64,000 bases of DNA from Geosiphon pyriformis uo1 (Eukaryota > Fungi > Glomeromycota), in assembly GCA_016748015.1 (NCBI GenBank), contig JAAOMT010000617.1, positions 1-64,000 on the forward strand, in the 5' to 3' direction. Both the position numbers and the translations under genes were made by a program. Below the pieces are notes generated by a model. It did no database searches, had not been told where the DNA came from, and saw only the letters and a program-made list of their open reading frames with translations. This document shows, piece after piece, positions 63,375-64,000 of this stretch. Each line of letters begins with the position of its first letter. The first letter of the stretch is position 1.

Positions 63375-64000
63375 TATTACAAATGATTATTTGGGGTGTT
63401 GATATAAATAACAAATCTATAACTTAGTACTTAATAGCTTGACTAATGTTGATAAATCTAAAAATTTTTATGATCTAAAGGTTTTTATATCTGAAGATTT
63501 TGGTGTTTAAAAATTTTGGTAGAGTTTTTTGTATAATAAACAAAGATTCAATAATTGTGTCAGTAGTCTTCTAAAATAATTATTCTATTAAATTTTTTTC
63601 TTTAGCATAATAACCAGTTTATTTTGGCAGCTGTGCTTTTCTGGTAAGTTATCTATTAATTTATAATTTCTATACTCTTATTTTTAAGTCTTTTATCAGA
63701 TTATTCTTGATATCAATTACTCAGCACTTAATCTCTTTAATCTGTTAGTAAGTTAATACAACAAAAAAAAATAAAAAAAAATAAAAAATTAGTATTTTGT
63801 TAATAACTATAATCAAGAACTATTGTTCCAGCATGATTAAGTGTTAAATGTTATTAACATAAAGTATTGATAAATAAAAAAGTGATTAGATTTTCAATCA
63901 AGCAGTAATAATATGAATTAGATGATAATAAGTATGTTTTTATTTGTGATTGTATTAATGAATTCATTTCAATTAATATTAACTATCTGTAAAATAAGAG
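63375..64000 (-). mobile_element. Family-1 LTR (U5 side), runs off the window; inserted in the Cys-rich region of element C
   Basis: Starts TATTACAAATGATTATTTGGGG (decayed TGTTAC...); aligns to the other family-1 LTRs. Confidence 0.85.

Overview
Very AT-rich eukaryotic repeat region with no convincing intact host gene, rRNA, tRNA or CRISPR array. It looks fungal; the TE proteins resemble Glomeromycotina/Geosiphon-type repeats, which is inference from recall, not a search. The window is a stack of nested retroelements. (i) A CpG-rich 176-bp tandem array at 1-1007. (ii) A complete ORF1-only, poly(A)-tailed non-LTR element with a 10-bp TSD (2117-4412). (iii) Decayed APE/RNase H-type LINE fragments that act as landing pads. 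(iv) At least six copies of two divergent Ty3/gypsy LTR-retrotransposon families (labelled here A, C, X, Y, Z = family 1; B = family 2), plus solo and partial LTRs. Intact LTR ends read TGTTAC...GTAACA and the insertions with both flanks visible have 4-bp TSDs. Both families share an unusual layout: gag-protease-[multi-Cys domain]-dUTPase-RT-RNaseH-STOP, then integrase as an apparently separate ORF, then a conserved ~220-aa accessory ORF3 ending at the PPT. All copies are disabled mostly by C>T/G>A transitions (RIP-like). Elements X and Y record an ectopic-recombination inversion with a ~1.43-kb homogenised tract. Coordinates were read by eye; boundaries of decayed elements are approximate.
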